Shown: positions 39,743-50,272 of the stretch, one piece after another
Layout: the number at the start of each line of letters is the position of its first letter
Numbering within the stretch: position 1 is the stretch's first letter
Translations under genes and position numbers: made by a program
NCBI GenBank assembly: GCA_964631685.1
Contig: CAZVZU010000002.1
Span: forward strand, 1 to 64,000
Source of the DNA: an uncultured Actinomycetes bacterium
GTDB lineage: Bacteria > SZUA-79 > Acidulodesulfobacterales > Acidulodesulfobacteraceae
DNA length: 64,000 bases
Direction of reading: 5' to 3'
Notes under the pieces: model-generated
Database searches by the model: none
The model's input: the letters and a program-made list of their open reading frames with translations, nothing else
What the model was told of the DNA's origin: nothing

Positions 39743-41215
39743 TCACATAAAACCTTCCATGCTATCTAAATCTTTTAACTCTTTGGCGCTCTTATAATTA
39801 ATCCATTTACCGATTGCTTTAACCGCAAAATAACTTCCAACGATCATACCGATGAAATAAACCCAACCGCTGGGGTCCCCGTTAACAACGGGAACAAAAA
39901 AGGCTCCAATATTACATCCTAAGCCTATTCTTACACCAATACCCATGAACCAACCACCGAATGTTGCGAAAATAATTGACTCTATATTAGGGACTTTCCA
40001 ACTAAATTCCTTAAAGGAAAGAGCCATTATAGCTGCGCCGATAATTGTCCCGAAAGACATTAATAAGGGCGGGTTAAGTATAGGGTTTGGAATTCCATTC
40101 GTAAAACCAAAAGTCATGTTGTTCATTAAATTCCAGCCTAATTTTTCAAACACCCACGCTAACCCTTGAGCTTCCTGCGTTGCAATATACCAATAACCCG
40201 GATCAAACACCCCTTGAAGTGCTATTCCGTGTGTATAACCCAACCGGTCAAGAACCTGTCCGAAATTAACAAAATGATATATCTTGCGGAGATCGCTTAA
40301 CACAAACATATTGAGTCCGGCAAAAACACCAAGCCCGATACCGCCGTACACGGTCTTTTTAGCCTGCGCCAACATTGACCACATCCCCTTTAATTCATTT
40401 TTAAACCCTATTTTTTTTGATGTAAATTTATTCTCATGTATGTAATGTTTTCTATGATACAGATAATATATTACGATGAGGACAATTATACAGGGGATAA
40501 TAACATTGATAAGGGTATTACTAATTAACACATTTGCCCATACATTGTGAAAATTAAGTAAATCTGCTATTGTATAGCCCTTATGCGTAAAAACATAACC
40601 TGCCATAAAATAATCGTACCAGGAATGCAAATATTGTTTAGGTATTCCCTTCTGAATAGCAGCCACTCTCCACGCTTTAGGAATAAAATAATTCAAAAAA
40701 CCAAAACTGGTTGCTCCGAAAATAATCTGCGACAACGCTAAATTAAACAGGACTATCCACGAAACCATGTTCCCTTCGCCCGACTTATATAGAGTACCGG
40801 ACGAACAACCACCGGCAAAAACGATGCCGAAACCGAATATAGCTCCACCAATTAATTCGCTAACGGCAAATGGATTAGGCGAAAAAGTTAGGAAATTAAA
40901 TCCCGTAACTATTGCCGAAATAATACCGTAAACTATTATTGCAACCATCAGCCCTGCGGCAACCCTCACAACCTTAATGGCAAATATATCACGGACAGCA
41001 GATGCCATACAAAAATGACCGTATTGAAGGAATAATCCGAATATTAATCCGAACCAATAATAAGCGAGAAGATATATGAACACATGATGGACATCATACA
41101 TTATTATCGAACCAATTATGCTTAAAACCAATAATGTAATTAAGCCCGTTGGAAACCTTTTAATTTTTGGAGCCTGCATAGCTTCGTTTTCTGGCATAAT
41201 AAATATCCTCCACAC
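39743..41215 (-). CDS. YeeE/YedE sulfur-compound (thiosulfate) transporter
   Basis: FCMASAVRD, AGGCSSG, GCNIGA; multiple TM segments. Confidence 0.9.
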   Translation of the reverse strand: MWRIFIMPENEAMQAPKIKRFPTGLITLLVLSIIGSIIMYDVHHVFIYLLAYYWFGLIFGLFLQYGHFCMASAVRDIFAIKVVRVAAGLMVAIIVYGIISAIVTGFNFLTFSPNPFAVSELIGGAIFGFGIVFAGGCSSGTLYKSGEGNMVSWIVLFNLALSQIIFGATSFGFLNYFIPKAWRVAAIQKGIPKQYLHSWYDYFMAGYVFTHKGYTIADLLNFHNVWANVLISNTLINVIIPCIIVLIVIYYLYHRKHYIHENKFTSKKIGFKNELKGMWSMLAQAKKTVYGGIGLGVFAGLNMFVLSDLRKIYHFVNFGQVLDRLGYTHGIALQGVFDPGYWYIATQEAQGLAWVFEKLGWNLMNNMTFGFTNGIPNPILNPPLLMSFGTIIGAAIMALSFKEFSWKVPNIESIIFATFGGWFMGIGVRIGLGCNIGAFFVPVVNGDPSGWVYFIGMIVGSYFAVKAIGKWINYKSAKELKDLDSMEGFM

Positions 41216-41271
41216 CCTCTGATTTATAATTTAACAAATTTTTATATCACCCAAATTTGCTGTAAACTTAT

Positions 41272-41802
41272 TTAACCTTTAAGTTTTGGGGCATTTGGAT
41301 GTGCTGCATAAAATGCCTTCTCCTCTGCTGCACCTTTTTTAACAATCCGTGAAAGGCCGGATGAATGGCAAGCTTCACATGAAAATTTAGATGTATGAAA
41401 CGGGTCAGCTATAAGATGCGTATGTGCCATACTTTTGGCAATTGCAAAATCATTCCCCTTATGACAGGTAATGCAGGTTATATTTCCCACAGGACGGTGA
41501 ACGTGATGTATTGGACCAATATCCTTTTCGGACATGTTCCCATTGTGACATTCAACGCAACTTGAAGGAGCAAGTCCGCACGCATTCGCAACAGGTGTCT
41601 TGAAATTTTTCAAAAATTTATTGGAAATAGAGCCAACTGAAAAATTTTTGGATTGAGTATTGTGCACCACTACAACCCTAGATTTGACAGCGCCACTTAC
41701 CCATAATCTACTGAAAATAACCAGACCGAAGATAATAGGCAATATCAACGTAAATAAAAAAACCTTTTTCCATTGAATTTTAATTTTTCTCATTTTCCCC
41801 AT
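41272..41802 (-). CDS. Membrane-anchored triheme c-type cytochrome
   Basis: N-terminal TM; CVECH, CITCH, CEACH. Confidence 0.8.
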   Translation of the reverse strand: MGKMRKIKIQWKKVFLFTLILPIIFGLVIFSRLWVSGAVKSRVVVVHNTQSKNFSVGSISNKFLKNFKTPVANACGLAPSSCVECHNGNMSEKDIGPIHHVHRPVGNITCITCHKGNDFAIAKSMAHTHLIADPFHTSKFSCEACHSSGLSRIVKKGAAEEKAFYAAHPNAPKLKG

Positions 41803-41892
41803 TCCCCCTAAATTTTTTAGATTTCATTCACTTCATAAAGATGAATATGCAAATATGCAAATATGCATAAATTCCTATTTATATCAAAAATA

Positions 41893-41947
41893 CAGACCGA
41901 TTAGTCTACACGTGTCAATTGTACAAATAATAAATATGCATTGTCAA
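41893..41947 (-). promoter_or_regulatory. Sigma70 promoter plus TetR/NemR-type operator of the sulfur cluster
   Basis: TTGACA (41947-41942)-N18-TACAAT (41923-41918), followed by the imperfect palindrome AGACCGATTAGTCT (41894-41907). Confidence 0.6.
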
Positions 41948-42089
41948 CATAAAAATTTATTACTATGAAAAATCGGATTTATGTTTTGTGACAAATATTA
42001 TTTGAATAAAAGGATAGATTTGAAAATAAACGAGAGGGCATAAATATGCGGCAAGGCATTAATTAAGTGTTTTTACGTTCGAGGATGTT

Positions 42090-42650
42090 TCAATTGGACA
42101 ATGTATGCACTTGTTTTTTCATAAGATGTTTGGATACAATTTTCAAAATATTTTCAGGCAGGAAACCCGTCCAGTGAAATGCAACCATACCGTCCTTTGA
42201 AATAAAAAATGTTTGTGGAATTTCGCTAATTCCACCGTACTTCCTTATTACCTCGGCCGTCGCATAGACCACAGGGTAATCAATTTTATTTCGACGTGTA
42301 AATGATGCAACCCCTTCTTTTGTGACATTCACGTTTATACCTATAATTAAAAAATGTTTCGACTTATTTTTATTGTAAAAATTTACTAAGTGCGGTATTT
42401 CCGCCCTGCATGGCGGACACCACGTAGCCCAAAAATTTACGAGCACCACCTTCCCCCTTAAAGCACTCAGGGTGATTTTTTTATAGCCCGAAAGATTAGG
42501 ATTCAAGACCCTCAGGCTAAAATTAGGAGCCGGAGATTTAGCAAAAGATGCCGCAGGCAAGAAGAATACTGCCAATATCAATAATAAAATAATCGGCAAC
42601 ATCTTAACAATAAGTGTTTCGCTTTTAATCGTTAACTGAATTTTTTGCAT
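42090..42650 (-). CDS. TlpA/ResA thiol-disulfide oxidoreductase
   Basis: NFWATWCPPCRAEIP. Confidence 0.92.
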   Translation of the reverse strand: MQKIQLTIKSETLIVKMLPIILLLILAVFFLPAASFAKSPAPNFSLRVLNPNLSGYKKITLSALRGKVVLVNFWATWCPPCRAEIPHLVNFYNKNKSKHFLIIGINVNVTKEGVASFTRRNKIDYPVVYATAEVIRKYGGISEIPQTFFISKDGMVAFHWTGFLPENILKIVSKHLMKKQVHTLSN

Positions 42651-42686
42651 ATGAACGGACCTCCGTAATGCCAGGTTAAACTCACA

Positions 42687-43442
42687 TTATCCATTATACG
42701 GTATATTATAGCGGAAAGTATTTCCGAAGTATAATGATACAACCGAAAGATAGTTAAAAAATATAAGTATTCCAGCAATAATTAAAATAACACCACCTAT
42801 TATTGAAATAATTTTTATAAAAGGTCTAAGCTTTTTAGAAGCCGACAGAAAAAAATTAAGAGATAGAGATGCTATCAAAAATGGGATAGCAAGCCCCATA
42901 GCGTAAATAAACAATAGTATCCCGCCTTCTCCCGCATTGTGCGTAGTTGACGCTATAAAAAGTATTGAAGCAAGTATTGGGCCTATACAAGGTGTCCATG
43001 CAGCAGCAAATACGATACCTACTAAAACCGAACCGACTAACCCCACCGGCCTATTTTTAAAATTAAAGTTTGCATCTGATGACAAAAAGGATAAAAACCT
43101 AATTTTGTTAAATACCCCTAGTATAAATAGTCCCATAAGAACGATAAAAATACCCGCTACTCTCATAAGCCATATAGAATGAAGCAGATTTCCTACTGCG
43201 CTCGAGAACACGCCGAGTAGGACAAATACTGCTGTAAATCCAAGTATAAACATTAAGGAATGTTTGATAGACGACAACCTTGACCGTGCCGTTTTGTCCG
43301 CCATCAGTTCATCTACGGACATACCTGACACGTACGACAAATAAGATGGTATCAAAGGAAATACGCAGGGGGAAAGAAATGAAAATAACCCCGCAAGAAA
43401 AGCCACTAAAATAGAAACGTTAGGTATAAAAATACCATTCAT
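42687..43442 (-). CDS. ccdA: Cytochrome c biogenesis protein CcdA
   Basis: SFLSPCVFPLIP, WTPCIGPIL. Confidence 0.92.
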   Translation of the reverse strand: MNGIFIPNVSILVAFLAGLFSFLSPCVFPLIPSYLSYVSGMSVDELMADKTARSRLSSIKHSLMFILGFTAVFVLLGVFSSAVGNLLHSIWLMRVAGIFIVLMGLFILGVFNKIRFLSFLSSDANFNFKNRPVGLVGSVLVGIVFAAAWTPCIGPILASILFIASTTHNAGEGGILLFIYAMGLAIPFLIASLSLNFFLSASKKLRPFIKIISIIGGVILIIAGILIFFNYLSVVSLYFGNTFRYNIPYNG

Positions 43443-43544
43443 TCGATATCCTCCATTTTATTATACGATCGTTTAAATGCAATGTGCTCTATCTTGATAG
43501 TTTAATGCAAATATTATGCCATATTGTCAGCAACGTCGCACTAA

Positions 43545-44495
43545 TCAAAACAAACTCTCCACGAAAATTTCAGGAGAAAATTCCGATATCTCATCTGCCG
43601 ATTCCCCTGTCCCTATGAATCTAACCGGCAAATTCAGTTTATGTATGATATCAACAATTATTCCTCCCTTTGCAGAGCCGTCTAATTTTGTAATTATAAC
43701 CCCTGAAATATCTATAAGTTTTTTAAATTCCTCAACCTGCACTAATGAGTTTTGCCCCAGACTTGCATCTATCACGATAAAAATCTCATCAGGCGGATTA
43801 CCGAATGTTTTAGATATAACCCTTGTAATCTTGGATAATTCATCCATTAAATGCTTTTTATTGTGGAGTCTTCCTGCCGTATCTATTATCAATAACCCAT
43901 AATCTTTATCCTTTAGTTTTTGGACCGCATCGTGCGCAACGGATGCAGGATCTTGATTTTCTTTTCCGGATACGACAACGGTACCCGTTTTGTCTCCCCA
44001 AACCTCTAGTTGCTCTTTACCCGCTGCCCTGAATGTATCACAGGCAGCAATAATGACCTTCTTCTTATCGTTGTAATATTTACCAAGTTTGCCTACGGTA
44101 GTGGTCTTCCCTACCCCGTTAACACCAACCACCAAGAAAATATTTTTCTGATTATTTATTCGGATGGTTGGAAAATCCTTGGATATTTTATTCGCAATCT
44201 CATCCCTTAATGCACTTTTAACAATATCGCTGGCCAATGCAGTAGCCCCCTCCTGCCCAACCGAACATTTATTTTTGATATTCTTAAGCTTTAAGACTCT
44301 TTCTTTGACCCCTTCTACGATTTCATTTGCTGTTTGAAAGGATATATCGGATAAAACCAATGCCTCTTCGAGCATTTCTAGCTCCTCAACACCTATCCCA
44401 GCGGAACCAAAAATAGATGTTATTCTTCCCGATAACGCATTTTTAGTTTTTTTAAGGCTCTCTGTTAAACTCTTAAATTTTTTAAATACTTTCAT
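43545..44495 (-). CDS. ftsY: Signal recognition particle receptor
   Basis: GVNGVGKTT, DTFRAA, DTAGR, TKLDGSAKGG. Confidence 0.95.
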   Translation of the reverse strand: MKVFKKFKSLTESLKKTKNALSGRITSIFGSAGIGVEELEMLEEALVLSDISFQTANEIVEGVKERVLKLKNIKNKCSVGQEGATALASDIVKSALRDEIANKISKDFPTIRINNQKNIFLVVGVNGVGKTTTVGKLGKYYNDKKKVIIAACDTFRAAGKEQLEVWGDKTGTVVVSGKENQDPASVAHDAVQKLKDKDYGLLIIDTAGRLHNKKHLMDELSKITRVISKTFGNPPDEIFIVIDASLGQNSLVQVEEFKKLIDISGVIITKLDGSAKGGIIVDIIHKLNLPVRFIGTGESADEISEFSPEIFVESLF

Positions 44496-44539
44496 TAATT
44501 ACCTCATAGTGGAATATTTATATTTTGCATATGGCGTCC

Positions 44540-47500
44540 CTAACTCATTGAAACCGACACTATTTTAGAGATTCCCGGCTGCTTAGATGTTACGCCGAAT
44601 ATATTTTTACCTATTTCCATCGTTTTTTTATTATGCGTTACCAAAATTACCTGCGAATATTTAGATATTTCCTTTATAAGCCTGTTGTATCGCGCATTGT
44701 TAGCATAATCCAATGGCGCATCAACCTCATCTATCACGCAAAAAGGTGTTTTTTTTACCAAGAAAATAGCAAATAGGAGACTAACCGCTATCAGAACCCT
44801 TTCTCCTTGAGATAAAATATGTATGCCTGAAAGCTTTTTTCCCTGCATCTGCACATTAATCTCCATTCCGGGTAAGTCACCTTCGTCTTCATTTTCTTTG
44901 ATAACTTTTAATATATCAGCATGCCCCCCACCAAACAAGAAAACGAACAACTCATTAAATTTAAGCCTTATTTGTTTAAGGCTTAAATTGAATTTTTCTT
45001 TTGATACCAAATCTAATTTTTTTATTATATTTTCTAAGGAATTAATAGAATTTTCAAGGTCATTTTTTTGTGTCAGTAAAAAATCTTGACGGTTCAATGC
45101 CCCTTCATACTCGCTTGCCGCACTCATATTTACATCCCCAAGTTCTAACATTGAGATCTTAAATTTTTCTATATTTTTTTTGATATCGTCTTCACTTAAT
45201 TTATCGTAATAATCGGCCGGTAAAGCTAAGGATTCAAGGGGGGCGGTAGATTCATCCTCTGAAAATTCATCGCGTTCCAATTCCGACAATCTCTCCCTGT
45301 ACATGTTTAAGTACGTTAATGCAGAATCCTTTTTTTTATCAGCAATGCCCCTATCTTTCTTGACATCTTCGAGTTCTTTCTCAAGTTCACTTATGTCTTC
45401 CCTTGTACCCTCCAGATTGGCCTCAAGAGCATCAATATCGGCCTCTTCGGACTTAAGGGCGTCCCTTGACGCCACAACCTCGTTCCGCTTGTTTGATATA
45501 TCATCTAAAATAAGTTTTATTTCATTTTTAATATTATTAATCTGTAAATTCAGATTATCAATCCTCTTAGAGTAATTGATAATACCAACTTCAAAACCCT
45601 TGATCTCCTTTTTGAGAAAATTGAAATTTTGCTCTGCAGAGCTTATTTCTATCCTTAACTTTAATTCATCTTCTCTTACAGCTTCAAATTCACCTTCAAG
45701 AGATTTCAGCCTGTCATCGAGAATTTCTTTTTCTTTGTATGTTGACTTTAATCTATCTTCTAATGATAACCGCTCATCCTTAAGAATTATATTCTCCTCA
45801 ATTGCCTCAATTTTCTCCGATTCAATATTTTTTAAGTCTTTTTTTAGTATAGCGAGCCGACCATCAGATTTAGCTATGTGATTGCTTATATACTTTATGT
45901 CGTTTTTTACCGTTAATTCGTCAATTTCTTTTAACCTTATGTCTTTATTTAATTTATCTATATCGGAACTAATATTCTTTATATCTGCGCGTAAGCTTTC
46001 TGACAATAGATTATTTTCGCTTAATTCTCCTTCTTTTTCTACTTTAAAATTTTTGTATTCCGATAACTTTTTTTTACTGAGAAGTAAATTCTGACTTTCT
46101 ACGCTTTTATTCTTTCCCGCTATAATAAACCCGCTCGAAAGAAAAATCACACCATCATTCGTCACTATATCAATTTCCGGGAAGACTCCTGTTTGCCTTA
46201 TATAATCCAAGATATCCGCACAGTCCTTATAGTAGTAAAAATTCATTCCGATATCGTCTAAATCAAAAATTTCGTTCGGAACATTATTGTGATTTAGTAC
46301 GATTTTATCCTGCAATGGAATAATATCCCTTTGTTTGAATCCATCCTCTTTTGCGATACTTTTTTGGCTATCTTTGTCTGATATTTTATTTTTCCTTGTC
46401 CCTGGAATAAATATCTTAGTCTGTCCTTTCTGAGTATTGTTAATGTAATTCAGCGCCTTTTCCGCATCATTGATATTATTTACTACAACGGTTTCCAGCA
46501 AATCTCCGAAACCTGCCCATACGATATTCTCATATCCAGATTCTGTCTCTATTAAATCAGACAAAGGATAGGCATTGTAATCCCTGCTAGAATTCAAAAG
46601 CCTTTTTGTTCCCTCGGAAAAACCCTCACGATTATCGATGAAATCCGAAAGTTTGGATATCGCAATATCTATGCCTGCCAGTTCCTTTTCTAACTTATAA
46701 TTAATTTGAACTAATGATTCCAAATTATTTGAGAACTTAGATAATTTTTCACTTTCAGACGCATTTCGCCCCCTTAACTTTGTAAGATTTTTTGTATTTT
46801 CAAGGAAAAAATCGTTCTTTGCCGCTAATTCATCCTCAGCAATCTTAATCTCTCCTGAAATTTTTAATATTGAGCGATTCGTATCGATAATTCTTAACTC
46901 CACATTTTTTATATTTTTGTCATTAAAGATTAATTTATTATTAATATTTTGGGATTTCTCGGTTGTATCTAGAATATTATTATTGATAGCTTCTATCTCA
47001 TCTTTAATTTTTGAGACCAATCTTTTTTTTTCGACGCTCATTACATTTAAATCATCTAATTTTTTACGCAAAGCGTTTATAATTGACTCATTATTCAACT
47101 CTTTATTTTTTAAATCTTTAAGTTTATTGATATTTCTATTTTTTATATCATTTTGTTCTCGCGCTTCTTTGTATTTGTTTTCTAATTCCGATTCCAATTT
47201 TTTTATAGTTAATTCTTCGTGTTCAATGTCGGAATCTAACTTTGTTAAATTTATTAAAATATTATTTTTTTTATTTACCGCAAGCTTATATCTATCATCA
47301 AAATCATCGAATAATGTTTTTAATCCTGCTAAATTATTTTCAGTGGAGGTGTTTTTTGTTTCTAGTTCTATCAGTAATGCAGAATAATTATCTAGCGCAT
47401 CACTGTGCTTGGTGATATTGTAATTTATTTTTCTCTTCAATCTGCTACGTAAAACAAATTCCTGTTGACTTTTATCTTTTTCGAGCTCTTTATATTTTTT

Positions 47501-48139
47501 CAATACTTCAAATTGACCCTTTAATGAAATCAGCCTATTCTCAACCTCCCCGCAAAGATCGCTAATCCTTAATAGATTCAATTCCGCCAAATTCAATTTC
47601 CTTGAAGCCGACTTTTTTTGAGCTTTATACTTGGTTACCCCCGATGCCTCTTCAAAGAATAGCCTCAAATCATTAGGTCTATAGTTTAAAATAGCATTAA
47701 TCTTAGACGAATCGACAATAGAATAGTATTTTGACAAACCGCTTCCGCTGAAAAAATCAATATACTCTCTATATGGAACGGAGAATCCGTTTATTTTGTA
47801 ATCAGTCTCCTTGTTTTTAAAATGCCTCCTCTCAACCATTATTTCTGAAAAATCCTTATATTTAAAATCTAACGGGGGGTCATTTACGAAAACACACCTA
47901 CACAACGCAACAGAAGATTGACCCCTCAGGTTGGAGCCATGGAAGATAATATCGTTCATATTCTTTAGGCGCAGATCCTTAAGCGCCTGCTCTCCAAGAA
48001 TAAACCTAATTGCGTCGACAATATTCGTTTTGCCACATCCGTTAGGTCCGACAATGATATTTATACCTATATCAAATGGTATTCTTATCTTATCCGGAAA
48101 GGTTTTAAATCCAAAAAGTTCTATATATTTAAGATACAT
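44540..48139 (-). CDS. smc: Chromosome segregation protein SMC
   Basis: GPNGCGKTN, coiled coils with hinge, LSQGE, DEVDAPLD. Confidence 0.93.
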   Translation of the reverse strand: MYLKYIELFGFKTFPDKIRIPFDIGINIIVGPNGCGKTNIVDAIRFILGEQALKDLRLKNMNDIIFHGSNLRGQSSVALCRCVFVNDPPLDFKYKDFSEIMVERRHFKNKETDYKINGFSVPYREYIDFFSGSGLSKYYSIVDSSKINAILNYRPNDLRLFFEEASGVTKYKAQKKSASRKLNLAELNLLRISDLCGEVENRLISLKGQFEVLKKYKELEKDKSQQEFVLRSRLKRKINYNITKHSDALDNYSALLIELETKNTSTENNLAGLKTLFDDFDDRYKLAVNKKNNILINLTKLDSDIEHEELTIKKLESELENKYKEAREQNDIKNRNINKLKDLKNKELNNESIINALRKKLDDLNVMSVEKKRLVSKIKDEIEAINNNILDTTEKSQNINNKLIFNDKNIKNVELRIIDTNRSILKISGEIKIAEDELAAKNDFFLENTKNLTKLRGRNASESEKLSKFSNNLESLVQINYKLEKELAGIDIAISKLSDFIDNREGFSEGTKRLLNSSRDYNAYPLSDLIETESGYENIVWAGFGDLLETVVVNNINDAEKALNYINNTQKGQTKIFIPGTRKNKISDKDSQKSIAKEDGFKQRDIIPLQDKIVLNHNNVPNEIFDLDDIGMNFYYYKDCADILDYIRQTGVFPEIDIVTNDGVIFLSSGFIIAGKNKSVESQNLLLSKKKLSEYKNFKVEKEGELSENNLLSESLRADIKNISSDIDKLNKDIRLKEIDELTVKNDIKYISNHIAKSDGRLAILKKDLKNIESEKIEAIEENIILKDERLSLEDRLKSTYKEKEILDDRLKSLEGEFEAVREDELKLRIEISSAEQNFNFLKKEIKGFEVGIINYSKRIDNLNLQINNIKNEIKLILDDISNKRNEVVASRDALKSEEADIDALEANLEGTREDISELEKELEDVKKDRGIADKKKDSALTYLNMYRERLSELERDEFSEDESTAPLESLALPADYYDKLSEDDIKKNIEKFKISMLELGDVNMSAASEYEGALNRQDFLLTQKNDLENSINSLENIIKKLDLVSKEKFNLSLKQIRLKFNELFVFLFGGGHADILKVIKENEDEGDLPGMEINVQMQGKKLSGIHILSQGERVLIAVSLLFAIFLVKKTPFCVIDEVDAPLDYANNARYNRLIKEISKYSQVILVTHNKKTMEIGKNIFGVTSKQPGISKIVSVSMS

Positions 48140-48151
48140 ATAAATTTAGCA

Positions 48152-48919
48152 CTAATTTTCAAGTGTAAAACAAATTATATTGGAAACAAAATATATTGAC
48201 GCAACAAATGTACTCATGATGTGATTTGATAATTTTACTGACGTAATGTCGAATTTATCTGACAATTTAAGCTCCGAATTGGAAAAATCACCCTCTGGTC
48301 CCACAAATAAGCCGACGGAAAAATTATCAGGATAAGACTGGTTAAGAGAGGGCTTTTTAGACAACAGCAGATAGTCCTTTAAAAATATTCCGGCATCGGG
48401 AGATGCTATTAATTTAACATCAAAATTTTCGGCTAATTCAAATGAATCCCTTAAGCTTATGGGTTTACCTATTTTTGTTGAAAAGTTTTTACCGGCCAAA
48501 ATACATGCTCCCTTTGAAATCCTATTCCATTTTAAAAACTTATTATCCTTTTCTTTGTTACCTTTTGCCGATAAATCTATTGATCTCTCAGTAATTGTAG
48601 GATAGATTTTACTTATTTCCATTTCACATAATCTCGAAAGAAGCCTGCCAAACATATGAGATGCAATGATAGGCAAAAACAGAGTGATGTTAACACCCTT
48701 TTCCACACAGGTCTCTTTGGATATTAACTCAACTTGAGTTAATTTTTTTGAGATCTGAATAACTTTAGCCAGATAAACACCTCCAATCCCGTCGTATAAC
48801 CTGATTTCGTCACCCGCTTTTTTACGAAAGGCTTTTATATGGCTGGTTATCGAACTTAAAGCTATTTCTTTCCCCAGATAAGGACCGATGTCTTCCTCTG
48901 TATAAAATCTGTTGTGCAT
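48152..48919 (-). CDS. rsmE: 16S rRNA m3U1498 methyltransferase
   Basis: SPOUT motif VGPEGDFS. Confidence 0.8.
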   Translation of the reverse strand: MHNRFYTEEDIGPYLGKEIALSSITSHIKAFRKKAGDEIRLYDGIGGVYLAKVIQISKKLTQVELISKETCVEKGVNITLFLPIIASHMFGRLLSRLCEMEISKIYPTITERSIDLSAKGNKEKDNKFLKWNRISKGACILAGKNFSTKIGKPISLRDSFELAENFDVKLIASPDAGIFLKDYLLLSKKPSLNQSYPDNFSVGLFVGPEGDFSNSELKLSDKFDITSVKLSNHIMSTFVASIYFVSNIICFTLEN

Positions 48920-48928
48920 TCTAAGAAC

Positions 48929-49522
48929 TCATTGATTTTTAACAAATTTAAGATAACAGCCCAAAAAATCGCAGTCTCTATAGCTTTTAGCTATTTTAAA
49001 ACCGTGGCTGATTATTAATTCCTTGTAAGCTTGCATATCCCTCTTGAACACTTCAAATTTAGGCTCCTTGATAGATAATACCCCATCTTGCTTTAATACG
49101 CGATATAGCTCGCTGACAGCTTCATCTTTTTTATCTATCTCATGAAACGAATAATAAAGAAACGCAAGGTCTATTTCCTTATCTTTTACTGAACTTAAAT
49201 TAGACGCGCTCTCAGTGCGAAAATCTACGTTATGCAGACATCCTCTCTTCCTTTGAGCCTTTTTTATCATCTTTTCCTGAACATCGACAGAAATCACGAA
49301 GCCTTTTTCTCCAACCGCTTTGGATAAAACAGGTGTTACGAATCCGCTACCGCAACCCGCCTCAAGGACATTCATACCCATCTTGACCCCCATAAATCCC
49401 ATCTCTTCATCCATGTTTTCAATCATACCTCGAAGTTTATTATCGATAACAAACGAGAAAAGGGGATTAAACAAGGTGTACGTCTTTAATTTCATAATTA
49501 TAGACCCCCTGCTTTTATCCAA
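48929..49522 (-). CDS. Class I SAM-dependent methyltransferase
   Basis: LEAGCGSG, ELYRVLKQDG. Confidence 0.85.
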   Translation of the reverse strand: MDKSRGSIIMKLKTYTLFNPLFSFVIDNKLRGMIENMDEEMGFMGVKMGMNVLEAGCGSGFVTPVLSKAVGEKGFVISVDVQEKMIKKAQRKRGCLHNVDFRTESASNLSSVKDKEIDLAFLYYSFHEIDKKDEAVSELYRVLKQDGVLSIKEPKFEVFKRDMQAYKELIISHGFKIAKSYRDCDFLGCYLKFVKNQ

Positions 49523-49582
49523 GATTAGTCAGACTAAAAGCAGGAGGTTGTGAGAAAATATATTTATTTAGAAATTTAATTT

Positions 49583-50164
49583 TTACTTTAATGAATTAAC
49601 GTAAGCAGTCAGAGCATTTATTTCACTCTTTGACATATGCCCCCTAAGAGCCATTCTATCACACATTGCAATCTTCTCTTTGAGTGTTATGTGAGTATGG
49701 TGCATTTTATTGGACACATTAACCTTTTTAGCTGCATTTTTAATAGACATTATAACCGCACCTCTTCCGTGTGCCTCCATATATGTACCGACACTATACA
49801 CGTGACAGGTAGCACATGAAAAACCGTTAGTCCCTATCGACTTAGAATAGAAAAGTTTTTTACCTTCAGCAATAAGTCTGCCTTTCATTGCATGCATCTT
49901 GGAATTCATCATTGTATTGCCTTTCATTGCATGCATCTTGGAATTCATCATTGTATTGCCTTTCATTGCATGCATCTTGGAATTCATCATTGTATTGCTA
50001 TTAACCTTTTTTTGACAAGCGTTTTTCATTTGATGCATCGCGCTTCCATGTTCTACAGTCATAGTTGCATTTGCAAAATTCAACGGAATAATAACAAACG
50101 TGGCTATAAGCATTAAAAATATAGTCAAAAAAAATCTTTGTGCATAACCTAATTTAGCCTTCAT
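49583..50164 (-). CDS. Exported monoheme cytochrome c with Met/His-rich repeats
   Basis: Signal peptide, CATCH, NTMMNSKMHAMKG x3. Confidence 0.8.
   Translation of the reverse strand: MKAKLGYAQRFFLTIFLMLIATFVIIPLNFANATMTVEHGSAMHQMKNACQKKVNSNTMMNSKMHAMKGNTMMNSKMHAMKGNTMMNSKMHAMKGRLIAEGKKLFYSKSIGTNGFSCATCHVYSVGTYMEAHGRGAVIMSIKNAAKKVNVSNKMHHTHITLKEKIAMCDRMALRGHMSKSEINALTAYVNSLK
49880..49996. repeat. 39-bp perfect tandem repeat x3 (in frame)
   Basis: GCCTTTCATTGCATGCATCTTGGAATTCATCATTGTATT at 49880, 49919 and 49958. Confidence 0.95.
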
Positions 50165-50272
50165 AAAACCTCCCTACACTTATGTTGAATTGTTCTGTTA
50201 CCTTCCAATTTACTACATTTATCTATATTATACATTGAAAATACGCTTTTTCAAACCGCAAAATGCAGTGAA

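Noticed and set aside
49880..49996. Possible CRISPR array
   Set aside because: Units are contiguous with no spacers, are in frame within a CDS, and there are no cas genes
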